This document shows positions 50,836 through 62,914 of a stretch of 64,000 nt of DNA, piece after piece. Every line of letters begins with the position of its first letter. Position 1 is the stretch's first letter. A program made the translations under genes and the position numbers. Source of the stretch: Bispira polyomma (Eukaryota); contig OZ287751.1 of NCBI GenBank assembly GCA_965649765.1, positions 11,656,001-11,720,000 of the forward strand. Direction: 5' to 3'. A model generated the notes under the pieces. That model was given only the letters and a program-made list of their open reading frames with translations, was not told where the DNA came from and searched no databases.

Positions 50836-52584
50836 CCAAAAACTCCAATTAAGGCTGCTAGCGCAGGCATAATACGGCTTATAAGTCCGGATTAAATAGG
50901 AAATTTACTAGTTAACGATTAAATATTGGTATGATTTAAAATGTTGAATGTAATGTCATTGGGCATAATTGTATTGAATAGTATTGGTATGATGTAATGT
51001 CATTTGGCATAATTGTATTGAATAGTGTTGGATCGACGTTGGCCTTAGGGGCTGATTGTTATAAAGGTGTACTGTTGTATGCTAGGCAAATGCTTAGTCC
51101 TCAGACGTTGGTTTTCCCAGCTTGCTGCTTAATGCTTGTGAGGTTTTATCCTCTGTATTATTTACTACCTTGCTTTTGCTTGTGTTGTCATGTAATGGGT
51201 GATTTTAAAATTACCTTGTATTTTAATAATTTATACCTATTTTACACCTACCTGTATATAGATTTACTAACATGTACAGAATTTAAATAAATTCCTCAAA
51301 CCATAGTTTCACTGTCTTCTGCTATACTTACCAGACTATCTTTCCACTACAACTTACCTTCTTTCCATTATACCAAGTAGAACTGTGCATAGCACGACCC
51401 AATAGGGGTCTGCTACTTCAGTTCAACCAAAGGAAAATGTATTACTACTTTAAGCCCTAGGGGCAAATTCGACAACTGTAGCATGATTCATCCAACCGTG
51501 AACTGGCCAGCCAATTAGGGGTCTTCCCTCCCAAATTCTGCATTCCTGTCCTAATATCTTCCATTTTGGAAAAGGATTCAGCAGTACACACACGTACATT
51601 TTCCACCCACCTCCCCTTAACCACACCATAAGTTAATGTTCATTGTTCATTTCTTAGCTATGGCCACTTTTGGTACTAAGCACATACTATGTTAAGAAGA
51701 TCTCTGGTTGCGGACCCAAAAGGGCCCTGCTGAAAATCTTTGTAAGATAGGAAATCACTTAAATTTGGTTGGATTTGTGGGAGTTTTTTGAACTCGGAAC
51801 TGTGTGGTGTTAGGTCCTTCCTCATAACCTACCCTCTGGTGTGGGCTACCAGGGGGGAAATGCTCTGTGAGGTAGGATGTCTCACTGCTAGGCGAGTCGG
51901 TGCTGTAAGTTCCGGGTTCCCAAAAACTCCAATTAAGGCTGCTAGCGCAGGCATAATACGGCTTATAAGTCCGGATTAAATAGGAAATTTACTAGTTAAC
52001 GATTAAATATTGGTATGATTTAAAATGTTGAATGTAATGTCATTGGGCATAATTGTATTGAATAGTATTGGTATGATGTAATGTCATTTGGCATAATTGT
52101 ATTGAATAGTGTTGGATCGACGTTGGCCTTAGGGGCTGATTGTTATAAAGGTGTACTGTTGTATGCTAGGCAAATGCTTAGTCCTCAGACGTTGGTTTTC
52201 CCAGCTTGCTGCTTAATGCTTGTGAGGTTTTATCCTCTGTATTATTTACTACCTTGCTTTTGCTTGTGTTGTCATGTAATGGGTGATTTTAAAATTACCT
52301 TGTATTTTAATAATTTATACCTATTTTACACCTACCTGTATATAGATTTACTAACATGTACAGAATTTAAATAAATTCCTCAAACCATAGTTTCACTGTC
52401 TTCTGCTATACTTACCAGACTATCTTTCCACTACAACTTACCTTCTTTCCATTATACCAAGTAGAACTGTAACTTGAACATCTCAAACTTGAACTTGGCC
52501 TTTGGTGTATAACTTGAAGATTTTGGGTTCAATCTTAACCTTTTGGAGATTTGTTGTTTGGCTATGCCACAGGTCTCACAGACT

Positions 52585-52902
52585 GACTTCAAATAATAAA
52601 TGTTGTCATGTTGTAAACGTGTTATGCTTACAGTTAACCACAACATTTATTATTTGGAAATCAGACAAGGTCAAGCTCATAGTCTTAAAGGTCATCACAA
52701 ATGCCGACTTCAAATAATAAATGTTGTGTGGTGTCAAGCTTGAGGTTTACTACAACATTTGTTATTTGGAAATCAGACTAGGTCAAGCTGATAGTCTCAT
52801 AGAATACTAGATCATCACAAATCCCAACTTCAAATAATAAAATGTTGTGACATAAGGAAAGTTTAGCACAACATTTATTATCCGAAATTCACACAAGGTC
52901 AA
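52585..52902. repeat. Three ~120-bp tandem units, each a hairpin
   Basis: acttcaaataataaatgttgt ... acaacatttattatttggaaatcagacaaggtcaag x3. Confidence 0.8.
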
Positions 52903-53104
52903 GGTAATGATCTCCTGTGGTCTCATGCTGTCCGCTTGCTAGCTGAAGGTTATTCTGATAGTCATGGCCTACTAGTTTTAAGAAAGACAATGAGAACACT
53001 GAAATAAAGTTTTATGCAGAGGCATTTTATTGAATAAACAATTCACCTGGAATGATTGATTGATTGATTTCAAATAACAAATGTAAAAATCACATAACAT
53101 AACA

Positions 53105-54662
53105 TCACCACATATAGTCACAGTCATTTATTAACGCATCTCTCTGCCATGGTACGGCACTAACGTTATTTAAATAATGTTTTAAGTATATCCTCTGTCG
53201 CTTGGCCCTAGATGAAAACTCTGTGGGACCCCTGACATTCTGAGAAGACAGAGTCATCCATCGAGGCTCCAGGCACGAGTTAGTGATCGCTCCCCTCATG
53301 GTCCATTGCTGCATTCTGCAAGGCTAGATACCTCGTACACATTAGATTGTGCAAGCAAATGCATGCCACCACAATTTACTTAGTTTCTGGGTTTTGTTAA
53401 AGAGTAGTCAGCAGCGCACAAAACCTATTGGCAAGGATACCAAAGGCATTCTCAACAATCCTTCGAGCACGAGATAACCTTTAGTTAAATATTCTCTCTT
53501 CATCTGTCATGTTGCGTTGGGAGAATGGCTGTATCATGTAGGAGGCAAAACCAAAGGCATCGTCAATGATGAAGAAATAAGGTATGTCCTCATGTGGAAG
53601 TGGCTCAGCCGGTGGTATACCCAGTGTCTCATTGTCCAGTTTTGTTTTTAGGTCGCAATTGTTATACAGGGAACGATTCGACGTAAAACCACTGCCATCG
53701 ACGTCGACATAGATGAAGCGGTAATCTGCATCGACAACACCAAGGAGGAGGATGGAGAAGAAGCCCTTGTAGTTATGGTACAATGAGCCAGAGTTCTAAG
53801 GAGCCTTGATTGTGATGTGTTTCTCGTCGATTGCACCCACAGCATGAGGAAAGTTCCATGTGGTTGCAAATCTGTCACTCAGTGCACGCCAGCCATCCAG
53901 AGTTGTAGGGAGAGTCACCATCTCTACACCGTATTCTTCCACTATAGCCTCACATGTCTCTCTCACAAACAGGGGGCCGCGGTGGCATAGTGGTTAGCAA
54001 GCAATGCGCTTCACAATCACTGGTCTCTCACCTCTGGGCGGCATGAGTTCGAATCCCGTCGATGCCTATGTGGGAAAGGTGGTAGTACCTTACTGTGGGC
54101 CGCTGGTTTCAGTGCAGAACCTTGATCAACTGTATGAGATTTTTCCTTCAGCGTTTCCAACTACCCATCTCAATATAACCTAAACAGGTACTACAGTGGA
54201 CATTAAATATCCAAATTTAAATTCAATCACTCTCACAAACACAGAAATGCTGTTGTGGGGCACTCGGAAAGCATCGCTCAGGATGTGGTAGCTGTTACCA
54301 GATGTCAGGTACCTCAAGGTGATGGCCAACTTCATACCAGGCTGTAGGGCAGGCCTCAAGTTGGTGTCGTTCTTGGTCAGGCGGGGGATCATCCTGTTCA
54401 GCAACTCTCGAAACATTGCTGGTTCCATCCTGAGCTAGTTCAGAAAATCACCATGTGATTCTATCTCTAGCTCAACCATAAGGTTGTCATAGTTCACAAA
54501 TTGCAGGCGCCTGCTGATCCAGGGCCTCACCCAGTACTGCCTGGCCCTCCTTCTCCTCCTCCTGAGGTATAACAGCAATGCTAGGCCAGCTACCTGCTGC
54601 TGATGACGATGCCTTCTCACAGCCATAATTTGACCTGCTGCTGCTAGACCAACAAATGCCAT
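53105..54662 (-). pseudogene. Harbinger (HARBI1-like, DDE_Tnp_4) transposase
   Basis: WVRPW, RMEPAMF, LAITLRYL-SG-SY, WNFPHAVGAID, YHNYKGFFSI, DDAF, RARRIVENAFGILANRF; several stops; SINE inserted. Confidence 0.92.
53972..54229 (+). mobile_element. tRNA-derived SINE
   Basis: A/B boxes; TSD ctctcacaaaca (53960-53971, 54230-54241). Confidence 0.93.
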
Positions 54663-55212
54663 TATTATATTCTATGCAACTACTATGCAACAGTATTTAT
54701 ATCCAGATCTATATACTCCCCGAGGGGTCTGCGATGGACGTGCCACCATCATGCGCAAAACAGATAGATAAATACTTTTATCCAGCAATTTTAACAGGTT
54801 TAAACATCGAGCAGTTGTAGATTGATTAAAAGCACATAAGCAATCTAAAAGCATTATTATAAGAAGTAACCAATTTGTCATGATAGTTTCTATTATAGCT
54901 ACTACACAGTGTGCAACAATACATCTTATACAAGCGCTAACAAAAATGATGTTTTAACACATTACATCTGGAGTGATGTTGCAACGGGTTTGTCAAAGAA
55001 TATTATTATTATTACCATTTAATTTGCAAGTTATAGAGAAACCTAAATAGTCATGGCATGACACTGGCTTAATTACAGCTGATTAAACATACACATCAGG
55101 AAAAGGTGTTATACACTTTTTATTCAAGCTAGTACAAATATACCTAGATTTAGTATTTAATAATTACAATAATTTAATTCGTGATATAATAGATATGATG
55201 CAAAAAGTGAAT

Positions 55213-55361
55213 AAGCTAGAGGCATAGGACTACATATATGTGTACGGCTGTTTTTAGTAAGTTAGAGGCATTGAACTATACATACATTTGTATGGATGGC
55301 TTTAGTAAGTTAGAGACATAGGACTACATACATGTGTATGGATGGCTTTAGCAAGTTAGAG
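55213..55361. repeat. Minisatellite, ~3 x 46-47 bp
   Basis: agttagaggcataggactacatacatgtgtatggatggctttagta units. Confidence 0.8.
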
Positions 55362-57329
55362 TCACTTTGATGCTACAAGACAATGTTCACAAACCGGCTG
55401 TGGTAGAGAAAAATGTAGAACTGTCTGAGACAGACAAACACTTGAGTCCCATCTGAACTGAGGGTGGAACACAATATAGAAGAGACAATTTGAAAAGGAA
55501 ATGGAACGAAAAATAAACCCACAGTGAAGACAACAGACATAAAAGGTGAAGGTTACATATGACGTTGGAAAGTTGGTAGATGTTTTGTGTATGTAAAGTG
55601 GTGAAAACACTATAAATTGTGCCAAAAATATTATTGTTGGCATATAATTAAAGAATATATTCAGTGGAAGAATATGCATGTTTATAACAAAGTAATGAAG
55701 ATTATATATATCTCTGAAGAATGTGATTTTTTTTAACCTAAGGGTTAACCTAATAAGTTAATGTATTCATGTTTAGGTTTTTCAAAATGGAAAAAATAAT
55801 GCAGATGGCAATTGACCTTTCAAATGAATTTTACAAAAATTAATGGATAATTAAGCATTAATAGATACCTCTTTGCAATTACAAATAAATAGTTTTTAAT
55901 AGTTTAGCAAAATATAGGGGCAAAGCACCCAAACTCCTTCTTATACTTTGAACTGGAGTTACTGATATCAAACAGCATTCTGACCGAAATCTATGTACAT
56001 GTACTATGTGGTACTTAAGTTTCAAATGATTGGTCTTGTTATGTAGATATATCTGTTCATATAAAAACTTACATATGTAAAAATAAAAACAAACAAAAAC
56101 TCTTGATTTATTTTCTTTAAGAAACTTCAATTATAATAAAGTTTAGCAAAGTGTTAAACTTCATGGAAGGTCTACATCTACAGTGACACAGGCCCTGGCT
56201 AAAATCAATCTCAGGCCCTCTGTGTGTAACCCTCTAGACCACAGTGACAGATAGCACTGCATGCCCATTGCAATATAACAAATACATTTGTTAAATGACC
56301 GTAACATCCCAACAAGTTAACTGGTGTATATCTGTATACCAATCGTGAGTATCGTGTCCTGTGACTTTGTTTGATTGCATTAGATTTCAACAAAAATCTA
56401 CTAGATTGATTCAGTGGCGGGAAAGGCTATTGGCCATCACATTTTGGAGCAGATCCTGATAGAAAATGCTGATCCAGGTATTTATTTTTACTTTTTTGCA
56501 CAGTGTCTTTGACAGATAGCCACTGTACTGGTAATATCCTTTTCTAATATGTACATGCATTGTGTTGCTGCTGTATATTTTATGGTAAAATTAGATATAG
56601 CAATTAGTAATTTGATATAGTCCCAGTAATGCTTATAGCCATATTTAGATAGAGCAAAAAAATTGTCAGATTATGTTAGATTACGTCTTTCTGTGATATT
56701 CTACTTAGATATTGTAATATGTTTTGCTTACTATATCATAGAAGATACCACATGATCATTGTACACCATTAACTTAAATGAACCATTATAAACCGTACTT
56801 ATTTATACCATGAAGTAGGCCAGGAGAGTTTGATTCTATTTGAATTGAATTGTCTGCAAAACAGTCATTTCTATGTCAGAGTGAACAGTTTCTCACTTGA
56901 AATATTAATCACAAAATAAGTAAAAGTGAGTCAGTTCTGAAGACACTGTATTAGAGTAGACAACGTATGCTGCCAACTATTTAATACAGGTTACAATAAT
57001 GCATTAGAATATGTACTAAAATCTTCAACATCTATGAATAAGACATAAATTTGTTAGCCTGGGATTTCTTTCAGCATATTTTTCTATTTTTATTGGTCAT
57101 TATTTAATATTACTAACTGCTTCCTTTCAACATATTTTCTGCAGATCAGATGTGAGGAGACGTCTGTTGCCCTTAGTTGCACATTTTAGGTTGGGTCAGA
57201 ATTGACCTTGGTTTTAATTCGACGAAATCTACCTACTAACGGGCATAATAACTACCGATATGTATGTCAAAGCCGACTACAATCAACAGAAGCGAATGTG
57301 TACACTGACAGTAAAAACAATAAAAAAGA

Positions 57330-59400
57330 TTTCTTTTAAAATATCTTAAACATCAAATCAATTAATAAAATATGTCTGTGTAAGTCCACATCAAAAATTT
57401 TCTTGAGCTTGGTTTGCAAAGGTCTGTGCATGGCCAATGCTATATTAAAGTAAGAAATTCTCTGGTCTAAGAATGCTTGAACATCTATATGGCATATAAT
57501 ACATTTAGCTTTTATAGCCGAGATCTGGTTAACTACTTGTGTAGCTGATACACCATTGAAATTTAGAAACTCTAGATATGTCAATAATTGCAAAACAGTC
57601 ACCTTGTGGGGAGGCCACGACATGAAGGTTCCAAAAGCTAGGAACTGTCTGAACATTCTGTCATAGGCTTTATTAGTGGCTGGAGTAAAGGCTGAGTTTT
57701 AGCCTGTCACAAGCACTTTTCATCAAGGCCAGACCCATAGGGTGAGTGTCTGAAAAAAAAGACTGAGACTTGCTATATAAAAGTATTCACATAAAGTAAG
57801 TTATCAGCAGCAGGAAGCCATTGAACTGGCCCAGCTAGTTAATTTAATAGTGCATGTTATATGGTACAGTAATATGTACAAACACTGATTTTCTGGTACA
57901 ACCAGTACTTTTAAAGCATCACTATAACTAACGTTTGGCCTTCTGACCTGCATATATTTACACATTTTCTGATACACATTTTTCTCAAACAAATGAAAAT
58001 CTTTGAGTCCTGTCCCATAGACAGTTTTATTTACAACCTTAATATTTTCAACTTTTCTGTCAACTGCATTCAAGCAGTGGCCCCTTAGTTTTTTGCCCCT
58101 TTCTTGCCCTCACAAGTCTCACAATTGTGCTTGTACACTTGACCCCTTGTGTTATGGGAATTGGAGCAAATTCAGTCTTGGGAGAACCTGCAAGGCATTA
58201 AACCCTTTTTGTGACTAGTTTTGTTATTGCTGGTACTCCCCTTGCCCCATTGAAATTTGTAGATGTACTAACGTGGCGTTGGGCATGTGCTCGACGGATT
58301 CTATCGACTTTCTCGATGTTCAACTACCACAGCTTGTCTATCTCCATATTTGTTAGGACTACTGCGTGGCATACCTTTGCTGCCTCCCACGAAAAGTCTT
58401 GGGCATTCTCCATGAGGCCACTCATATAGTTTGACACTCGTATAGTTTGACATCGCATTCTTGATTTTAGTCGATTTCTCTTCATGTGCAATCCGAGTAA
58501 AACCACAAACCCACTGAACTAGGGTTAAGTCATCATAGCTTGGGCGCGTTTTTGAGCTACCCGTCAACACGTAATTCTGTGGCCATCCGACCATTTTTTT
58601 CACAATTACATCGTTTTCCCCAGTTCTTTGAGACTTAAGTTTACCTGAGGATTTGAATTTGAATTTGGATATTTAACGTCCACTCTAGTACCTTTTTAGT
58701 AGGTTATATTGGGACGGGTAGTTGGAAATGCTGGAGGAAACACTGCATACAGTCGGTCAAGGTTCTGCACAGAAACCAGCGGCCCACAGTAAGGAACTAC
58801 CACCTTTCCCACATAGGCATCGACGGGATTCAAACTCACGCCGCCCAGAGGTGAGAGACCAGTGATTGTGAAGCGCAATGCTTGCTAACCACTAGGCCAC
58901 CGCGGCCCCAGTTTACCTGAGGGAGTTTCATTAAGGGTTCTGAGGTCTTTAATTCTTTATTCTACTTGCAATTGAATCAGAGCATTCTGACTTAAAAAAT
59001 CGACACTAGAAACGACAGTATCGTGGCCTGCACCAGACAGGCTGTTACCTTCATCAGCAGAAATTACATTTGGAGAAATACTAGAAGGAACTGTACTACT
59101 TGCCTTACTACTGGTGAGGTTGGCCGCCAACGCCGCCTCCACTTCCTCACCCGAAACATCAGGCACAACAACCGAACAATTTCTTCCAACCGGTCTCTCA
59201 TGTTTTTGCAAACTTTTCGGGCAGAAAACAATTTTTATACCAGGCATGACTTGAGTGTGTATATTAAAATATTAAAATGACTAAAACAGTAAAACAAGTA
59301 TAAAACATAGAACACAACTCTCTTTGTCAACCACCAAACTGTTTTAAAACTTTCAAAGTGACACTATGTCAGTTAAGTGAACATGTTGCCAATAATTACC
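57330..59400 (-). mobile_element. E4: RT-less, E2-family YR retroelement remnant (gag, short pol stub, 5' part of YR)
   Basis: gag 59247-58085 (CPKS..H..C, GKLKSQR, WPQNY, MENAQDFSW); stub 58073-57804 (SYSDALK, cf. E2 SYADVLK); YR N-terminus 57749-57336 (AYDRMFRQFLAF). Confidence 0.8.
58651..58909 (-). mobile_element. tRNA-derived SINE inserted in E4 gag
   Basis: A/B boxes; TSD agtttacctgagg (58638-58650, 58910-58922). Confidence 0.93.
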
Positions 59401-59436
59401 ATAATTAGTGATATTTCAGATATCAAAGAATAATTT

Positions 59437-59657
59437 GTAATTATACTTTTACAGTGCTTAATCTCCCCTTCACTAAGAGGACTCTAAGGCGCAACAGCGC
59501 CAAGACAGTGATCCAATTTCAAAAACCAGGAACAAAAAAAAGGTTGGCAACACAGAGAACACCAGGGGATGATTAAGACTAAGGCGGGTATGCCTTGGTG
59601 TACAGGAGGGTTTTAAGCTGCTTTTTAAAAGAGGCTAGAGAGGGGGACACACGAATC
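59437..59657 (-). mobile_element. L2/Crack-type LINE 3' end
   Basis: IRVSPSLASFKKQLKTLLYTKAYPP* then gcgccttaga...gattaagcactgtaaaagt, paralleling the 3' end of the LINE at 8330-8530. Confidence 0.8.
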
Positions 59658-60902
59658 ACATCAATAACCTACTTATTATGTTCTACATTTTAATTAAAGT
59701 GTTCCATGGTATCGAAATGGAGATACTACCCATCACAATTGAAAATATAATGATAAAAAATTTTGTAAATTTAAAGACTTGGATGACATATGTCCGATAA
59801 CATATGACCGTACCAGATGATCGTAAGATATGAAACTGTTAAACTACTGTTTTTATGTTCATAGATTATATTTCTGATAGGTCTAGCAGTGTGTGTCGAG
59901 GTAAACAGCTTTTGAAACATGTGGGTAAGTGTCATTATCTCTATTGATTTAATCTAATGATTCTACCCTTTACTTTTTGAGGGTAAGTTCTTGGTTGGTT
60001 GGAGCCCTTTTTTAAGTTGGTCTAAGGCTTTTGCTACAATTCTCTGTCAAAGTTGAGTGACATTTCATTTATTACTTATGATTAAAGTTGCGCGACTCTT
60101 CATTTATTACTCATGATTAAACCTATGCAATAATGAGTAAGAACAGAAACTGAAAATAAGTGATGTAAAAATATTACAAATTGATGTGTAGCAAATTTGA
60201 TACACCTTACTGTGGTTCCATTTGGATTATAAACCCCTTTCCTTCTTCAGACTTGACACACTTTCTGGCCTTTAAGAAATATTTCCTTTTTGTTCACTTG
60301 ACTGTGTCAAAGGGACGACAAATCAGCAGTTGTAATCTCTTTCCAAAGGGTGCTGTTTTTGCTTTATTTAGATGTTGTTGCCCATATTTTCAGTGTTTGT
60401 CTATTTTTGGAAAACTGAAACAATTGCTTACAGGATACAATATTAAAACTACAGTAGATTTTCCAGTTATTATGGGTCTTTTCAGTTTTGAATTTTTAAA
60501 AATCATATTATCTATATTATTGGCATGGAATTATATATTTTTTTTATATATTGTCCAGAAATAAAGATTATTCTTTAGGAAGTATTGCAGTTATAGTGAA
60601 TCGTGCAAAGTCACCTTAAGTGACGCTGATATTCACTTAATCCAAGTTACTTTAAGTTAAGGTTACCAGAAGTGCCGCTAATCTCAAATTACTTATTAAG
60701 GTCATCATAATTTAGGTCAACCTTAAGTTACTGTAAGTTTACCTCAAGTTAAGGTCACATTAAGTGACATCAACCTTAACTAACTTTAAGGTGGACCTAT
60801 GTTTTAGTACATAAATGTTCTGATAACGTAGAATAAACTATTAAAAGTTCCCAACTGGGATCTTATACTTGTCTTTAACTTCAAAGGTCACACTAATAGC
60901 CT

Positions 60903-61363
60903 GGTCCCACCAGCCGTCACGTTAGGAGTCGTTTGAAATTTAATTTGCGTAGGTTTTGCGTGGTATTTGCGGGAGCTGACGTAATATACATAAGCATACA
61001 TAACCTGGCGTGAGAGTTGAGATGCAAGAAATTTTTAATTTTGAACCGTTTGAAATTTGGACACGCAAGAGATGCAAAAGTATGACGTCCTAAAACGTGG
61101 ATATGCGTCACAGTGTGTAAATGTGCGTCATTATGACGTCCTTTTACATGTATTGGCGTACTCATATATGGACTTGGACGTGAACTTATGCATCCCCTGC
61201 GAGACTCTACAGCTTTTAACATATTAATACATGAATTTTAACGTCTGTTGACGCCTTCAACGTGGAGAAAATCTCTAATTTCTAGTTTTGCATGACGTTT
61301 TGCATTAAATATGTTACAAGGCTATGCGTGGCTTACATATCCTAACGTGAATCCGGTGGGACC
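60903..61363. mobile_element. MITE with ~25-bp imperfect TIRs
   Basis: GGTCCCACCagccgTCACGTTAGGA / TCCTAACGTGAatccGGTGGGACC; internal tgacgt motifs; TSD unclear. Confidence 0.7.
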
Positions 61364-62749
61364 GGCCCATTAGGGGCAGTGTATGGCTGCACTGTTTATT
61401 GGTCCAGAAAGTATTCAGGGCTGATAACATCAGAATTTTTTAAGATGGAAGGAAATACTAAATTCATTAACACAGATAATTCCTGAGCTTTTCGTATAAA
61501 AAACAGCAATTGAATTGTTGTACAATATTTCGTGGGATATATAACATTTTACGGACCATAGTCTCCAAATCAAAGCAAATTTAGAGAAAACTACCAATAT
61601 ATATGTTATTTTAAAGATTTTTTTCTTATTTCAACATTATCATAACGATATAAAACCACGGGTTTTAAATATAAACATAAACCTAAATCAATTAAAAACA
61701 GTTAAAAACCTGACCAAAATATAACTTGTGTTAATTGACGTATAACTGTTGATACTAAAACGTCCTTTCAGCTTGGCCTTCAAGGTAATATTCCAATGGA
61801 GAATGTAAAAGGAAAGCTTGTTTCAGCAGGTATCTATCTGCACTGTGGTTGGGCAATAAAAAGGGTGGACAGAAAATATGCAGGTGTGCATTTTTATCAA
61901 AGTAATAGAAGGTATTTCAAAATTGCAGGTATTTCTCAGAGTTTCAACCGGATACAAATGCAAAGCTTCAAAATGTTTTCAAAATCCTTCAATAAACAAG
62001 TCAAGTATCATTCTATGAAAGGGTTGTGTCATCACAGCCAGAAACAAAAATTGTATAGAAAAATGAATTATTACTGCAAACAAAATAATACAGAGCTTTG
62101 AAGACACACGAAGTGAGACTTAAGGCCCTAATCCTGATAATGCACCTTATTACATTAAATCAGAAAAATGCCTTCTTTTCACTTTTCACTGGCAATAGAG
62201 GGTGTTGGCATTTCACATTTGTCAACAGACAACGGAAATAGGATCATGTGAATCATACAATGAGGTACATGAAAAATTATAGGTCACATTAGGAAAAATA
62301 TATTTATATTTTGGAATAAATGGACTAAAAAAACTACCAAGGGAATTAGATAACAAAATAATAAAGTGCAACAAAACAAAAAATGGCCAGTCCTCATTGC
62401 AAATGGCTAATCTCCAAAGTAAAACAAAGAAAAAACCATACTGGGAAGTCATACTGGGAAACAATTGACCTGGTAAATAGTATTGATAGTATCTAATACT
62501 TTGATCTATTATTTAAGAAATAAACCATGACAAACTAGGTATATACCTGATTTGGATTGGGTAATTACTGTTTTAGCAAGACATATTATAATAATTACCT
62601 GGTTCCAATATTTCGTTTCTGGAGGAACTATTTTACTGTGTATATATTGAATTTACCAAATATTTTGGCCAATCATAATCGTGAACACAACCGTGTCATA
62701 TTCGAATTCTATTTTTATACCCAATGCAGTATCTCAATGGCTATTTACT

Positions 62750-62914
62750 AAAGACCCTAAGGATCTGTAGTCTATCTTCTAGTAGAGGACGCGATGGCAG
62801 CAGACCGTCATTTGTGGTGATCATCCAACCCGTATCTCCTCTTACCTGGTGTACCACAGGCTGGGATAAAACCCAGTTCCTTTGCATTCTTGTTACTCAC
62901 TAGGCCACAATGGC
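62750..62914 (-). mobile_element. Possible second, diverged tRNA-derived SINE
   Basis: TGGCCTAGTG A-box and GGTTTTATCCC B-box-like motif; single copy in the window. Confidence 0.35.

Larger units (their letters stand above)
44508..52470 (+). mobile_element. E3: young DIRS-order YR retrotransposon, split direct repeats (Ngaro/PAT-like), with an extra 1084-bp terminal unit
   Basis: A1 44508-44724; B1 50112-50302; A2 50302-50518; B2 51196-51386; A3 51386-51602; B3 52280-52470; repeats look identical; three open ORFs. Confidence 0.96.
41765..54760. mobile_element. Decayed PIF/Harbinger transposon (convergent MADF and transposase genes) interrupted by E3 and a SINE
   Basis: Candidate left end TAA|AGCCCCAGCCACAC; MADF-like gene on +, DDE_Tnp_4 transposase on -; right TIR not found, so the right end is approximate. 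Confidence 0.7.

Noticed and set aside
50704-52374. Duplicated 63-aa and 97-aa ORFs
   Set aside because: By-products of the 1084-bp duplication; no counterpart in the E1 spacer, and no SGNH or methyltransferase motifs
53972-54062. tRNA gene (also 19580-19670, 58820-58909)
   Set aside because: The A/B boxes are too far apart for a cloverleaf and are followed by a shared body and TSDs, so these are SINE heads
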